A stretch of 46,662 bases of DNA. It comes from a bacterium (GTDB taxonomy: Bacteria; JBBIVP01). Made by a program: the position numbers and the translations under genes. The stretch is taken from positions 1-46,662 of the forward strand of contig JBBIVP010000001.1 in assembly GCA_037439705.1 (NCBI GenBank), written 5' to 3'. Below are positions 25,672-36,135 of this stretch, one piece after another (the stretch's first letter is position 1; every line of letters begins with the position of its first letter). Below the pieces are notes generated by a model, which saw only the letters and a program-made list of their open reading frames with translations, made no database searches and was not told the origin of the DNA.

Positions 25672-26568
25672 TTATTCTTGAGGGGGTGGGGCTCCAAAAA
25701 TTTTCTCAAATCTGTCCCAGTATATCTCAACCCCAACCTTTGTTCTTATCTCATCAAGGGTTCTTTCAACAAGTTCATTTCTCATTTCCATTATTATTTT
25801 CTGACGAATTTTCGGCATTGCAGCGAGAAATTCCTCGGGCTCGGGCTCCTTTTTGTCAATAAGCTGAATTATTTCCCATCCCATTAAGGTTCTGATTACA
25901 TCGCTTATGTCCCCTGGTTTTTGAAGGGAAAATGCAGGTTCATTGAGTTCAGGAGGATATATTCCTCCATTTCTGAGATAATTGGTATCTCCCTTCCTTT
26001 CTATCAGGGATTTGTCTGTGCAGTATTTCATAAGAACTTTTTCAAAAGGCACCCCTCTTTTTAGTTCCTGAAGTGCTCTCTTCGCCTTTTCTTCAGAATC
26101 TGTTACAAGCCTTCTTAATCTAACCATTGGAGGTGTTAAAAACTCGTTTATGTGAGAATTGTAATATTCTCTCAGCTTCTGCTCGTCTATTTTGGAAGGA
26201 ATTTCCTTTGAGATTTCCATAAAAATTTTTCCCCTGTATATATTTGATAGATACTGCTCAACTCTATCCTGAATCTCTGGGTCCTTATCATAACCCTTAA
26301 TTTTTCCTGCATAAAGGAGGACCTTCTCCTCCACAAGTTTTTCAAGAAATTCCCTCTTCCCTTGAGGCGAGGCATATCTCACTCTCAACTGAGGAGCATA
26401 CTCTGTAAGCCTTTTTTCAAGCATAGCATCAGTGATTTTGTGATCTCCCACAACTGCTATTACCGTTTCCTTTTTTTCAGCCTTTTCACCTTCCTTCTTT
26501 TTTGCACAGGATGTGATAAGAAGGATTGAAGCGCCTATAATCCCTACCTTTTTAACATATTTTTTCAT
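25672..26568 (-). CDS. PpiC/parvulin-type peptidyl-prolyl isomerase lipoprotein (SurA/PrsA-like)
   Basis: Lipobox LLITSC. SurA-like N-terminal chaperone region and a parvulin domain (FEKVLMKYCTD....GDISDVIRTLMGWEIIQL). Confidence 0.8.
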   Translation of the reverse strand: MKKYVKKVGIIGASILLITSCAKKKEGEKAEKKETVIAVVGDHKITDAMLEKRLTEYAPQLRVRYASPQGKREFLEKLVEEKVLLYAGKIKGYDKDPEIQDRVEQYLSNIYRGKIFMEISKEIPSKIDEQKLREYYNSHINEFLTPPMVRLRRLVTDSEEKAKRALQELKRGVPFEKVLMKYCTDKSLIERKGDTNYLRNGGIYPPELNEPAFSLQKPGDISDVIRTLMGWEIIQLIDKKEPEPEEFLAAMPKIRQKIIMEMRNELVERTLDEIRTKVGVEIYWDRFEKIFGAPPPQE

Positions 26569-26631
26569 TTTACACCTCCTTCTTTTTTGAAATTATTAAA
26601 ATAAAAAAATTTATTTTCAACTCCGGAAACA

Positions 26632-29055
26632 TCATTCCTCTTCAACCTTTGCCAATCCACTCACCTTTTCTTCTTGAGAAACCTTCATAACTCTTACTCC
26701 CTGAGTGCTTCTTCTCTGAAGAGGAATTTCTTTTACCTTTGTCCTCAAAACCCTTCCGGATGTGGTCATAATTATAATTTCGTCATCCTCCTTAACAGAA
26801 AGGACCTTTACAACATTTCCTGTTTTTTCTGTTATCTTCATTCCCTTTATTCCTTTTCCACCCCTTGACTGAATTCTGAAATCAGAAGACCTTGTTCTTT
26901 TCCCGAATCCCTTTTCACTCACAGCAAGGATTTCTGTGCCAGGCACAATTTTTGTTAAACCTACCACATAATCTCCTTCTTTTAGTTTTATACCTCTTAT
27001 TCCCTTTGCAGTTCTTCCCATCGTCCTCACAGCTTCTTCTTTGAAAGCAATGGTCATTCCCTTTGCTGTGAAGAGGACAATTTTTGAATTTTCATCTGTA
27101 ATTGAGACTCCCTCAAGCTTATCTCCTTCTTCAAAAGTAATTGCTATTATTCCAGTTTTTCTTGGATTGCTGAACGCTTTGAGTTCCACTTTCTTCACAA
27201 CACCTTTTTTGGTTACCATAAAGATGTTCTTCTTTTCCTCAAAGTTTCTGACCGGTAAATAGGCAGTGACCTTTTCTCCTTCTTCTATGGAGATGAGATT
27301 GACAATGGGTTTCCCCTTTGTTGCCCTTCCAGCCTGCGGGATTTCATGAACCTTTAACCAGTATGCTTTACCTTTGTTGGTGAAGAAGAGAATGTAATCG
27401 TGGGTTGAAGCAATGAATACATCCTCTGCGAAATCTTCTGTTTTTACGCTCATTCCAATCATTCCCTTTCCCCCTCTTCCCTGTGCCCTGTAAAGGGAAA
27501 GAGGATTTCTCTTTATGTAGCCCTGGTGGGATATAGTCACTACCATATCCTCTTCTTGAATCAGGTCTTCCACTGAAAAGTCTTCCGCTTCTTCAATGAT
27601 TTCCGTTCTTCTCTCGTCCCCATATTTTTCCTTTATTTCTAAAAGCTCTTTTTTGATGATTTTCAGGATTTCCCTTTCATCTCCGAGGATTTTCTTAAGT
27701 TCTTTTATAAGCTCAATGGTTTGTTTGTATTCCTCTATTATCTTTTCCCTTTCCAGCTTTGTCAGCCTCTGGAGTTTCATATCAAGAATTGCCTGTGCCT
27801 GAATCTCGGATAATTTAAATTTCGTAATCAGTTTTTCTTTTGCCTCCTGAGGAGATTTTGATGCCCTTATGAGGGATATGATTTCATCAATTGCTTCAAC
27901 TGCGATTTTCAAACCCTCAAGTATGTGAGCCTTTTCTTCCGCTTTTTTCAGATCAAATTTTGTTCTCTTGAAGACAATTTCCTTCCTGAAGTCTATGAAA
28001 TGTTGAAGCATCTCCCTTAGAGGCATAACCTTTGGTTGGTTGTTTATGAGCGCCAGAAGGATTATTCCGTAGTTTATCTGTAGCTGGGTATGTTTGAAGA
28101 GCTGATTCAAAATGATTTTCGGGTCTGTTCCCTTTTTCAATTCAATGGCCACTCTCAATCCATCCCTGTCCGATTCATCCCTTATATCTGAAATCCCTGT
28201 GAGTTTTTCCTCTTTTACAAGTTCAGCAATCCTTTCAAGCATCTTCGCCTTGTTGACCTGATAGGGAATCTCAGTAATAACAATCGCCTCCCTTTCTCCT
28301 TTCAGTTTTTCCACACTTGCCCTTCCCCTTATTAAAATGCTTCCCCTTCCAGTTTTATATGCTTCAATTATGTTCTTTCTTCCTACAATAAAACCGCCTG
28401 TTGGAAGGTCAGGACCTTTTATTATGTTGAAAATTTCTGAATCTTTGCCTTTTGGATTATCTATTAAGAACACAAGAGCATCAACTATTTCTTTAAGATT
28501 ATGTGGTGGAATATTTGTTGCCATACCAACAGCAATTCCGGATGCACCATTGAGGAGGAGCTGTGGAATTCTTGATGGAAGGAGAGAGGGTTCTACAAGA
28601 GAACCATCATAATTGGGGACGAATTCGACTGTTTCCTTTTCTATGTCCTCAAGCATTTCTTCTGCAATTCGCGTCATTCTTACTTCTGTATACCTCATTG
28701 CAGCTGGTGCATCGCCATCAATAGAACCAAAATTTCCATGTCCGTCAACGAGTGGATATCTCATTGAGAAATCCTGTGCCATTCTTACAAGAGCATCATA
28801 AACAGGTGCATCACCGTGGGGATGATACTTTCCTATCACATCTCCAACCACCCTCGCAGATTTTTTATAGGGTTTGTTGTGGGTGTTTCCAATTTCGTAC
28901 ATAGCATAAAGAATTCTTCTGTGGACAGGTTTGAGTCCATCCCTCACATCCGGCAGAGCCCTTCCGACAATCACGCTCATGGCATAATCAAGGTAGGAAG
29001 TTTTTAACTCCTCTCCTATATCAACGGTTAGGATTCTTGTTGGTTCTTTATCCAT
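26632..29055 (-). CDS. gyrA: DNA gyrase subunit A
   Basis: [12 protein letters not shown], the AAMRYTE active-site Tyr, and C-terminal beta-pinwheel repeats. I use the ATG at 29053-29055; the track start 29058 is a GTG. The ATG overlaps the stop of the upstream gene (TGATG). Confidence 0.97.
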   Translation of the reverse strand: MDKEPTRILTVDIGEELKTSYLDYAMSVIVGRALPDVRDGLKPVHRRILYAMYEIGNTHNKPYKKSARVVGDVIGKYHPHGDAPVYDALVRMAQDFSMRYPLVDGHGNFGSIDGDAPAAMRYTEVRMTRIAEEMLEDIEKETVEFVPNYDGSLVEPSLLPSRIPQLLLNGASGIAVGMATNIPPHNLKEIVDALVFLIDNPKGKDSEIFNIIKGPDLPTGGFIVGRKNIIEAYKTGRGSILIRGRASVEKLKGEREAIVITEIPYQVNKAKMLERIAELVKEEKLTGISDIRDESDRDGLRVAIELKKGTDPKIILNQLFKHTQLQINYGIILLALINNQPKVMPLREMLQHFIDFRKEIVFKRTKFDLKKAEEKAHILEGLKIAVEAIDEIISLIRASKSPQEAKEKLITKFKLSEIQAQAILDMKLQRLTKLEREKIIEEYKQTIELIKELKKILGDEREILKIIKKELLEIKEKYGDERRTEIIEEAEDFSVEDLIQEEDMVVTISHQGYIKRNPLSLYRAQGRGGKGMIGMSVKTEDFAEDVFIASTHDYILFFTNKGKAYWLKVHEIPQAGRATKGKPIVNLISIEEGEKVTAYLPVRNFEEKKNIFMVTKKGVVKKVELKAFSNPRKTGIIAITFEEGDKLEGVSITDENSKIVLFTAKGMTIAFKEEAVRTMGRTAKGIRGIKLKEGDYVVGLTKIVPGTEILAVSEKGFGKRTRSSDFRIQSRGGKGIKGMKITEKTGNVVKVLSVKEDDEIIIMTTSGRVLRTKVKEIPLQRRSTQGVRVMKVSQEEKVSGLAKVEEE

Positions 29056-30026
29056 CACACCTTCCTGTTAAGGATGTAATCTGAAAGGCTTTTTAATTCC
29101 ATCCTGTAGATATTGTTGGGGAAAAAGTCAAGGAGTTTTTTTGCATTATTTATCTTTTCTTTTGCCACCTGAAGGGCAAGGTTAATTCCTCCATTTTCTT
29201 TTGTCAGGTTTATCAACCACTTTATTTCTTTTTCATTCCTCGGAGAAATTTTCTCCATAATTCTTTTAATCTTGTTCTGTAATTTTTTATCAACATTTTG
29301 GAAGGCGAGAAAGAGTGGAAGGGTTACCTTTCCTTCCTCTATGTCCTTTCCGGGCTTTTTTCCCATCACTGAGGCAGTTCCACAAAAATCTATTACATCG
29401 TCAACTATCTGAAAGGCATCTCCTATTTCCAGCCCGAAAATCCTTAATTTTTCAATGTCCTTCTTTTTTGCCTTTGCAAGAACACCTCCCATTTCACAGC
29501 AAGCTGAGATGAAGCGGGAAGTTTTGTTCCTTATTATTTCAAAATAAAATTTTCCGCTTTCCTCCACATTTCCCTTTACCTTCATCTGAAGGAATTCTCC
29601 CTCCACCATCTTTTCAACAACCGTGAGCAAAATTTTTATTATCTGCTGATTTCCTATATTGTGAACAATTTTTGATGCTCTCGCAAAGAGAAAGTCTCCT
29701 GTAAGTATGCTAACTTCATTTCCCCATATAGAGTTCACAGAAGGTTTTCCTCTTCTCAGGGTGGAACCATCTACCACATCGTCGTGAAGGAGTGTTGCGG
29801 TGTGGACAAATTCAACAGCAGAGGCAAGTTTTATGTGGTCTTCTCCTTTATAGCCAAACAATTTGGATGTGAGAATAACAAGTAATGGCCTCAATCGTTT
29901 TCCGCCGCTTTGAAAGGTATATTTGGCGACCTCCTTTATTCTTTCTCCACCATCTGAGACCATATCAAGGAGGAGGTTTTCTACTTTATTAAGGTCATCT
30001 TCTAATACTGGCGAAATTTTCAGCAT
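29055..30026 (-). CDS. trans-polyprenyl diphosphate synthase (long-chain, octaprenyl/heptaprenyl type)
   Basis: 323 aa. Two Asp-rich motifs, [10 protein letters not shown] and [10 protein letters not shown]. Confidence 0.85.
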   Translation of the reverse strand: MLKISPVLEDDLNKVENLLLDMVSDGGERIKEVAKYTFQSGGKRLRPLLVILTSKLFGYKGEDHIKLASAVEFVHTATLLHDDVVDGSTLRRGKPSVNSIWGNEVSILTGDFLFARASKIVHNIGNQQIIKILLTVVEKMVEGEFLQMKVKGNVEESGKFYFEIIRNKTSRFISACCEMGGVLAKAKKKDIEKLRIFGLEIGDAFQIVDDVIDFCGTASVMGKKPGKDIEEGKVTLPLFLAFQNVDKKLQNKIKRIMEKISPRNEKEIKWLINLTKENGGINLALQVAKEKINNAKKLLDFFPNNIYRMELKSLSDYILNRKV

Positions 30027-30820
30027 GTGCTTATTTTATTTTTTAACATAGCATTTATCAATTTTTTTAGGGATTTTGAAGGCGATTTTGATTTCATGAG
30101 GAATTCACCGATCAGAAATCCGTGAACATAATCGGAAAGTAGGTTTATGTTTTTCTGATTGAGCCCGCTTTCAGAAATTATGTAGATATTAGAAGGCACG
30201 AGTGGAGCGATGCGAATGGTCCTTCTTATGTCCACAGAAAAACTTGATAGGTCTCTGTTGTTTATTCCTATTGTTTTAGTTCCTGATGAAACTGCCACCT
30301 TAACCTCTTCCTCTGAAAATACTTCTACAACCGGTTCCATTTTTAGTGTTCGTCCGAGTTTTATGAGATTTTCAAGATTTTTTGGGGAAAGAGTTCTTAC
30401 TATGAGAAGAAAGGAATCTGCTCCATTCGCTCTTGATTCATAAACCTGATACTCATCAATGATGAAATCCTTTCTTAAAACAGGAATTCCTACCAATTTT
30501 TTAATAGCCCTTAAATCCTCAAGGCTTCCAAGGAAGTAATTTTCATCGGTAAGAACAGATATTCCGTCTGCTCCTCCATTTTCATATTCGCGGGCTTGTT
30601 TTTCAAGGGAAAGTTTTTTCTTTATAATCCCTTTTGAAGGGGATGCCCTTTTTATTTCTGCAATTATTGCCTTTTTCCCCTTTTTGAAGATGCTTGTAAA
30701 ATCCAAAGGTGGAGGGACTTTTTCTAACGATTTTATTATTTCAGGAAGAGGAATTTTTTCCTTTTTTCTTTCAATTTCTCTCTTCTTGTCCTCGATTATC
30801 TTCTGGAGGAAATCAACCAA
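30020..30820 (-). CDS. trpC: indole-3-glycerol phosphate synthase
   Basis: 266 aa. IAEIKRASPSKG, ISVLTDENYF and IGINNRDL motifs. The TTG start overlaps the stop of the upstream regulator. Confidence 0.85.
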   Translation of the reverse strand: MVDFLQKIIEDKKREIERKKEKIPLPEIIKSLEKVPPPLDFTSIFKKGKKAIIAEIKRASPSKGIIKKKLSLEKQAREYENGGADGISVLTDENYFLGSLEDLRAIKKLVGIPVLRKDFIIDEYQVYESRANGADSFLLIVRTLSPKNLENLIKLGRTLKMEPVVEVFSEEEVKVAVSSGTKTIGINNRDLSSFSVDIRRTIRIAPLVPSNIYIISESGLNQKNINLLSDYVHGFLIGEFLMKSKSPSKSLKKLINAMLKNKISTC

Positions 30821-31382
30821 TGTATATTACAGCAAGAATTTTTGCTTCCTTATTTCCCTTTGCCCGTACAAGGTGTGGGATGGTTGAGTGGTAGTATATG
30901 GAATCTCCCGGATAAAGGGTATCTGTGTGCCCTGCCAGTTGAACCTCTACCTCTCCTTCAAGGACAAATATGAATTCTTCTCCTTCGTGGACAGATGGCT
31001 GAAGGAGTGCTTCAGGAACGACTTCAAGGGAAACAAGGAATGGTTCCATGTGCCTTTTTTCCATTCCATGTCCGAGTGATTCGTATGAATATCCATATCC
31101 AACTCCATCCTTTGTGCCAAATCTTGTGGCTTTTCTTCTTTCGTCCTTTCGGACAATCGTAAAAGCCTTTTCTTCTTCTTCACCGAGAAATTTTCCCAGC
31201 GGGACATTCAGAGCTTTTGATATTTTTATAAGTGCTCCAAGGGATGGAGAAAGCATGTGATTTTCTATCTGTGAAAGGACAGATATGCTCATTCCGGTCA
31301 TTCTTGAAAGTTCTTCAATGGAAACCCCTTCTTCCTCCCTTATTTCCTTTATCCTTTCACCTACTTTTACGGGTTCTTTCAT
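30813..31382 (-). CDS. XRE-family HTH transcriptional regulator with a C-terminal cupin domain
   Basis: 189 aa. HTH GERIKEIREEEGVSIEELSRMTGMSISVLSQIENH. Cupin GEEFIFVLEGEVEV....LYPGDSIYY. Confidence 0.85.
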   Translation of the reverse strand: MKEPVKVGERIKEIREEEGVSIEELSRMTGMSISVLSQIENHMLSPSLGALIKISKALNVPLGKFLGEEEEKAFTIVRKDERRKATRFGTKDGVGYGYSYESLGHGMEKRHMEPFLVSLEVVPEALLQPSVHEGEEFIFVLEGEVEVQLAGHTDTLYPGDSIYYHSTIPHLVRAKGNKEAKILAVIYIG

Positions 31383-33122
31383 TCATTCACCTCTTTTTTT
31401 CTTAAGATACCTAATAAGCGCTTCCAATTCCATACAATTGAGAAGATTTTCCTTTTTTAACCATGCTCTTCTTGCAACATAAACCCCGTAGGAAAGGTAG
31501 GAAATCTGGTCAAGTTGGTGGGCATCGGTTCCTATGGCAAGGATGACTCCCTTTTCCTGAGCCCTTTTTGCGAGGAGGTCATTGAGATCAAGCCTTAAGG
31601 GATAAGCATTTATTTCAAGAGCAACGCCTTTTTTCCTTGCTGCATCCATTATCTCATCCATATCTATTTCGTATGCTTCCCTTTCTCCGATTATCCTTCC
31701 TGTTGGATGGGCTATTATTTCAACATAGGGATGTTCAATACCCTTGAGCATCCTTTTTGTTAGCATATCGGGCGGGTTCTTGAAACCATGATGAATTGAT
31801 GCAATTACTATATCAAGGGATTTTAGAATCTCATCGCTGACATCAAGACTCCCGTCGTTCTGGATGTTTGCTTCAATCCCCTTTAAAATTCTGATGCCCT
31901 TTATTTTTTTATTTAATGAATCTATCTCTTTTATTTGCTCCGCTATTTCTTTTTCATCAAGTCCTCCGGCAACTCCCAGTCCCTTTGAGTGGTCTGCGAT
32001 GAGGATGTATTTGAGTCCTATCTCTTTTGCGTGAGTTGCAATTTCTTCAATGGAAGCGGTTCCATCGCTCCATTTTGAATGAATGTGAAGGTCACCCTTT
32101 ATGTCTTCATACTCAATTAACTCAGGGAGAGTGCCTTCCAGGGCAAGCTCTATCTCCTCTCCTCCCTCCCTTATTTCAGGAGGAATCCAGGGGAGTCCTA
32201 TTGCCTTATACACCTCCTCCTCATCCTTTCCGGCTATTTTCTTTTCCGTTTTTGCATCAAATACTCCATATTCGTTTATCTTTAATCCCTTTTTTATGGC
32301 GAGTTCCCTCAGTTTTATATTGTGCTCCTTTGAGCCGGTAAAATACTGAAGTGCGGCACCGAAGGAATCCTTTTCCACAATTCTCAGGTCCACCTGAATT
32401 CCATCCTCAACAATAACGCTTGATTTTGTGGTTCCCTTTGCGAGAACTTCTTTTACAATTTCCATCTTTGTAAAGGCTTCCATTGCCTTTTCAGGTTTTG
32501 AGGATATTCCAAGAATATCAATGTCTCCGATGGTTTCTTTCTTCCTCCTTATGCTTCCGCATGCTTCAGCCTTTTCAACAACCCCTTTCTGGAGCAGATA
32601 CTCAATTATCCTTTGAGAGAGTGGAAGAGCCTTTCCTAAGGGTATTCTTCCTGAGGATTTTTTCAAAAATTCTATTCCCTTCAATATGTTTTCTTCTGTT
32701 TTTTTCTGAATTCCCGGAAGGGTTGAAAGTTTGTGGGCACGCGCTGAGGATTCAAGTTTCTCTATGGAATCAATTTTTAAACTTTCATAAAACAGTTTCG
32801 CCTTCTTTGGACCAACGCCAGGAACCTTCATTATTTCAAGGAGCCCTGAGGGAATTTCAGCTTTCAATTCCTCATGTTTTTTCACCTTTCCTGTTTCAAT
32901 GAACTGCTTTATTTTTTCAGCCAGTTCCTTTCCCACACCGGGGATGGTGTGGAGTTTGTTTTCTTTAAAAAGTTCAGTGATGTCTTTTGAAAGGTTTTCT
33001 ATGTTCTGAGCAGCTCTTCTGTAGGCATTTATCTTGAATGATAGTTCTCCCTTTATTTCCAGAAAATCTGCAATCTCGTTGAATATCTTCGCTATTTCTT
33101 TGTTTAGCGCCCTTATGCCCAT
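31383..33122 (-). CDS. polX: family X DNA polymerase with a C-terminal PHP (3'-5' exonuclease/phosphoesterase) domain
   Basis: 579 aa. HhH motifs (IPGVGKELAEKI, VPGVGPKKAKLF), Pol-beta palm CGSIRRKKETIGDIDILG, and PHP GDLHIHSKWSDG...IADHS. Its stop abuts the next ATG (TGAATG). Confidence 0.9.
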   Translation of the reverse strand: MGIRALNKEIAKIFNEIADFLEIKGELSFKINAYRRAAQNIENLSKDITELFKENKLHTIPGVGKELAEKIKQFIETGKVKKHEELKAEIPSGLLEIMKVPGVGPKKAKLFYESLKIDSIEKLESSARAHKLSTLPGIQKKTEENILKGIEFLKKSSGRIPLGKALPLSQRIIEYLLQKGVVEKAEACGSIRRKKETIGDIDILGISSKPEKAMEAFTKMEIVKEVLAKGTTKSSVIVEDGIQVDLRIVEKDSFGAALQYFTGSKEHNIKLRELAIKKGLKINEYGVFDAKTEKKIAGKDEEEVYKAIGLPWIPPEIREGGEEIELALEGTLPELIEYEDIKGDLHIHSKWSDGTASIEEIATHAKEIGLKYILIADHSKGLGVAGGLDEKEIAEQIKEIDSLNKKIKGIRILKGIEANIQNDGSLDVSDEILKSLDIVIASIHHGFKNPPDMLTKRMLKGIEHPYVEIIAHPTGRIIGEREAYEIDMDEIMDAARKKGVALEINAYPLRLDLNDLLAKRAQEKGVILAIGTDAHQLDQISYLSYGVYVARRAWLKKENLLNCMELEALIRYLKKKRGE

Positions 33123-33133
33123 TCAATCGGGTT

Positions 33134-33550
33134 CTATTTCATTTTCCTTTTTGAGAAGACCCTTTCAAGGGTCATTTCTTCAAACACCTCTTCCACTTTT
33201 GTTTTTATTGAGTTCCAGGCAGGAGAAAAGGGGCATTTTTCCTGCCTGGGGCACATGTTCTCACCCTTTGTGCAGTCAACGAGGTCAATATTCCCTTCAA
33301 CCGCCTCCACCACTTTCTTGAAGGTGATTTCATCAGAAGATTTTGTGATGATGTAGCCACCTTTCGGTCCTTTTTTTGATAGTACTATCCTCGCTTTTTC
33401 AAGAGATTTGAGGATGTGGAAGAGGAACTTTTCAGGAATCTCCATTTCCTGTGAGATTTCCCTTACTGAACTCGGAGATTTTTCCCCTTTTTTCATCATG
33501 TAGTAGAGGGCGCACAGCGCATATTCCATCTTTTTGCTTATAGAAAGCAT
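33134..33550 (-). CDS. Rrf2-family transcriptional regulator with a CX6CX5C cluster motif (IscR/NsrR-like)
   Basis: 138 aa. MEYALCALYYM...VREISQEMEIPEKFLFHILKSLEKARIVLSKKGPKGGY, and Cys triad CTKGENMCPRQEKC. Confidence 0.85.
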   Translation of the reverse strand: MLSISKKMEYALCALYYMMKKGEKSPSSVREISQEMEIPEKFLFHILKSLEKARIVLSKKGPKGGYIITKSSDEITFKKVVEAVEGNIDLVDCTKGENMCPRQEKCPFSPAWNSIKTKVEEVFEEMTLERVFSKRKMK

Positions 33551-33557
33551 TTTTTAT

Positions 33558-33566
33558 ATTATAACA
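33558..33566 (-). promoter_or_regulatory. extended -10 element TGtTATAAT 7 nt upstream of the Rrf2 ATG (possible leaderless transcript)
   Basis: Minus strand TGTTATAAT at 33566-33558, then ATAAAAA, then the ATG at 33550. No SD. Confidence 0.4.
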
Positions 33567-33585
33567 AAAAATTTTTCTTTTTTCA

Positions 33586-35076
33586 CTATTTTTTCAATTT
33601 TTCAGCTGCCAGAAAGGAAAGCGCTGCGATGGTCAGGGTAGGATTAACCCCGAGAGGTGATGGAATGATGCTTCCATCGCATATATAAAGATTTTCCATT
33701 CCTCTTGCCATGAAATTATTGTCCACCACACATTTCCGTTCATCCCCTCCAATTGCACATGTTCCCATCGGATGATAGGCTGAAACAAGGATGTCCTCTT
33801 TAGAAGTTCTTTCAAGAACCTCTTCTGCCTCTTTTTTGCTTTTAACTTCTGTAAAAGATACTGTCCCGAGAAAAACCTTTTCCGCTCCTGCTGATAAAAA
33901 GAGTTCTGCTATCGCTAAAAGAGCCTTTTTCATCCTTTTTATATCAGAGTCTTTAAAGGTGTAAAAAATCCTTGGGGTTATATCGGATGAAGCCCTTACC
34001 CTTCCTGAAGATTCTTCTTTAATCATGCCTCCAAATACTACTGCGTGTTTGTATAGATCAATCGCATTTTTTATCTCTTCAAGGTAAAATGGAGTGGCCA
34101 TCATAAAAAGTTCAATTGGTGGAAAACCTCCTTCTATTCTTATTCCTTCATCTTCAAACTCTTCAACCATATACCCCTGTATTATGGAGTTCCACATCTC
34201 GGTTTCTTCTGGAAAGTATCCCATATTTCCCACAGCTGGATGGATGTGGAGATTTTCTCCAACCCTTCCGTTTGAATTGCAGAGGTTGTTGTGAAGGAGG
34301 AGAACAGGGGTCATAAGGCTTCCAGCAGAAAGGACAAACCTGTCTGCAGAAATACTGAATTTTCCAGCTTTCCTTCCCTCATTATCAATCACCCATCCCG
34401 AAATTTTCCTCACAATTCCCTTTTCGGACTCTATCTTTATTGCCTTGCTCATAGGATATATGTAAAGATTTTCAATTTTTCCGTTTTCCATAAATGTATT
34501 GAAAACAGTCTTTTTGGCTCCAACAAAGCAACCGAGATTGCAATTTCCACATCCGATACAGCCATCAGCACTTCTCGGGATGAATCTTCCTTTCCAGCCC
34601 AGCTTTTCTGCTCCATTTTTTATAAGAAGGTTTCCTTTCCCTGCAACCGATGGGTCAGCGGGTGAAACGAAAAGTGTCCTTTCTGCCTCTTCAAAGAATT
34701 TTTCAAGGTCATTGTAGGAATATCCGAAGTCAAAATTTTTCTGCCATCCATCAATCACTTGAGGATTCGGTCTCAAGCATGTTCCTGAGTATATTTCCAT
34801 TGTTCCGCCCACAAGACTCCCCGCTGTTAAGGCTACAGGAGGCAATCCAATAGTTATCATGAAACCAGAATTCATATAGAGGTCCCTCATTGTTTTGAAG
34901 GCATGTCTCGTGTAGTTCTCCTGTGGAACAAAAGGACCTGCTTCAAGAAGAATTACCTTTAATCCAGCCTTTGCCAGTTTTGAACCTATTATTCCCCCTC
35001 CTATGCCAGACCCCACTATACAGACATCACATTTTTCGTTGAACCCATTCTTAATCTCTTCAATTTTTAGAATCAT
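33586..35076 (-). CDS. GMC-family FAD-dependent oxidoreductase (large subunit)
   Basis: 496 aa. N-terminal FAD motif DVCIVGSGIGGG, CIGCGNCNLGCFVGAKK, and a C-terminal GMC pattern YHPMGTCAIG...LYICDGSIIPS. No signal peptide of its own. Confidence 0.8.
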   Translation of the reverse strand: MILKIEEIKNGFNEKCDVCIVGSGIGGGIIGSKLAKAGLKVILLEAGPFVPQENYTRHAFKTMRDLYMNSGFMITIGLPPVALTAGSLVGGTMEIYSGTCLRPNPQVIDGWQKNFDFGYSYNDLEKFFEEAERTLFVSPADPSVAGKGNLLIKNGAEKLGWKGRFIPRSADGCIGCGNCNLGCFVGAKKTVFNTFMENGKIENLYIYPMSKAIKIESEKGIVRKISGWVIDNEGRKAGKFSISADRFVLSAGSLMTPVLLLHNNLCNSNGRVGENLHIHPAVGNMGYFPEETEMWNSIIQGYMVEEFEDEGIRIEGGFPPIELFMMATPFYLEEIKNAIDLYKHAVVFGGMIKEESSGRVRASSDITPRIFYTFKDSDIKRMKKALLAIAELFLSAGAEKVFLGTVSFTEVKSKKEAEEVLERTSKEDILVSAYHPMGTCAIGGDERKCVVDNNFMARGMENLYICDGSIIPSPLGVNPTLTIAALSFLAAEKLKK

Positions 35077-35531
35077 GCCTTATAGTTTATTCCCAGTTCT
35101 TTTTTCAGGTTTTCATCGGAAAAGTAATAAAGCGTTGGAAGGGTTTTGAGAGAGAAAAGCAAAAGCCTCACCATTTTGAATCTGCTTTTTGCCATTTTTC
35201 TTATAAATTCCTCCCTCTTTTTAAGCGGTAAGGAGGAAAACCTTTTGAAAGAATAGAGAAAAATTACTGGAGAAAATTCAAGAAACCTCATCATCCATTT
35301 GAGCCCCAATTTTGCATCTTTTGGAAGTTTGTTGAAATAAATTTTCATCTCTTTCTTAAATTCTTCTTTGTTGAATTCCCTTGATGAGACAAATTCCTTC
35401 TGAAAGAGGGTTTCACCTAAGGATGTGAGCGGTTCTCCCTGAATACCCTCTTCCCTTTTTGAACATCCGTAGAACCCAGTTATTGAAATTGAAATGGTTA
35501 AGCCAGAGATTATAAATTCTCTTCTCTTCAT
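35073..35531 (-). CDS. Tat-signal lipoprotein, gluconate 2-dehydrogenase subunit-3-like small subunit
   Basis: 152 aa. Twin-arginine motif MKRREFIISGL followed by GFYGC. Overlaps both neighbours by 4 nt. Confidence 0.55.
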   Translation of the reverse strand: MKRREFIISGLTISISITGFYGCSKREEGIQGEPLTSLGETLFQKEFVSSREFNKEEFKKEMKIYFNKLPKDAKLGLKWMMRFLEFSPVIFLYSFKRFSSLPLKKREEFIRKMAKSRFKMVRLLLFSLKTLPTLYYFSDENLKKELGINYKA

Positions 35532-36115
35532 TCTTTATTTAAAGCCCTGGTATAAAACTCAACGCCTTCCTCAATTATTTCATCAGGAGATACAGGAAGT
35601 TTTTCTTCAACGAACTGAAAGAGGAGTTCCTTAATGATTCCTGATGCTATATGGGATACAACCTTTGGCTGAACTTTTCTTATGATTTTTTTCTCCATAC
35701 AGAAATTGAGAAACCTTTCCGATATGTCAAGGAGATGCTGGATGTAGAAATCTACTTTTTTGCTGAAAGCGGTTCCTGCTATTCCTTCCCTGTAAAGGAT
35801 TTTTGTGAGGTCTTTATTTCTCGTCACAATCTCCTTGAATACATCTGATACCCTTTTTATATGGTCGCAGAAGTCTTTATAGGTTCTCAGCGTGTCATAG
35901 TGAATGTCAGCAAAATCCTGTATCACTTCTTTCATAAAATTCTCAAGGAGTTCATTAAAAATCTCGGTCTTGTTTTTGTAATAAAGATAAAAAGTTCCTC
36001 TTGATATCCTTGCTTCCTTTATAATGTCCTTTACTGTTGTACCGCTGAATCCTTTTTTGGCAAAAACCTTTATCGCTGCATCAATTATGCTCTTTTCTGC
36101 CTTTTTCCTTGGCAC
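35528..36115 (-). CDS. TetR/AcrR-family transcriptional regulator
   Basis: 195 aa. HTH FAKKGFSGTTVKDIIKEARISRGTFYLYYKNK. GTG start. Confidence 0.85.
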   Translation of the reverse strand: MPRKKAEKSIIDAAIKVFAKKGFSGTTVKDIIKEARISRGTFYLYYKNKTEIFNELLENFMKEVIQDFADIHYDTLRTYKDFCDHIKRVSDVFKEIVTRNKDLTKILYREGIAGTAFSKKVDFYIQHLLDISERFLNFCMEKKIIRKVQPKVVSHIASGIIKELLFQFVEEKLPVSPDEIIEEGVEFYTRALNKE

Positions 36116-36135
36116 ATAGAAATTTTATCTCATTT

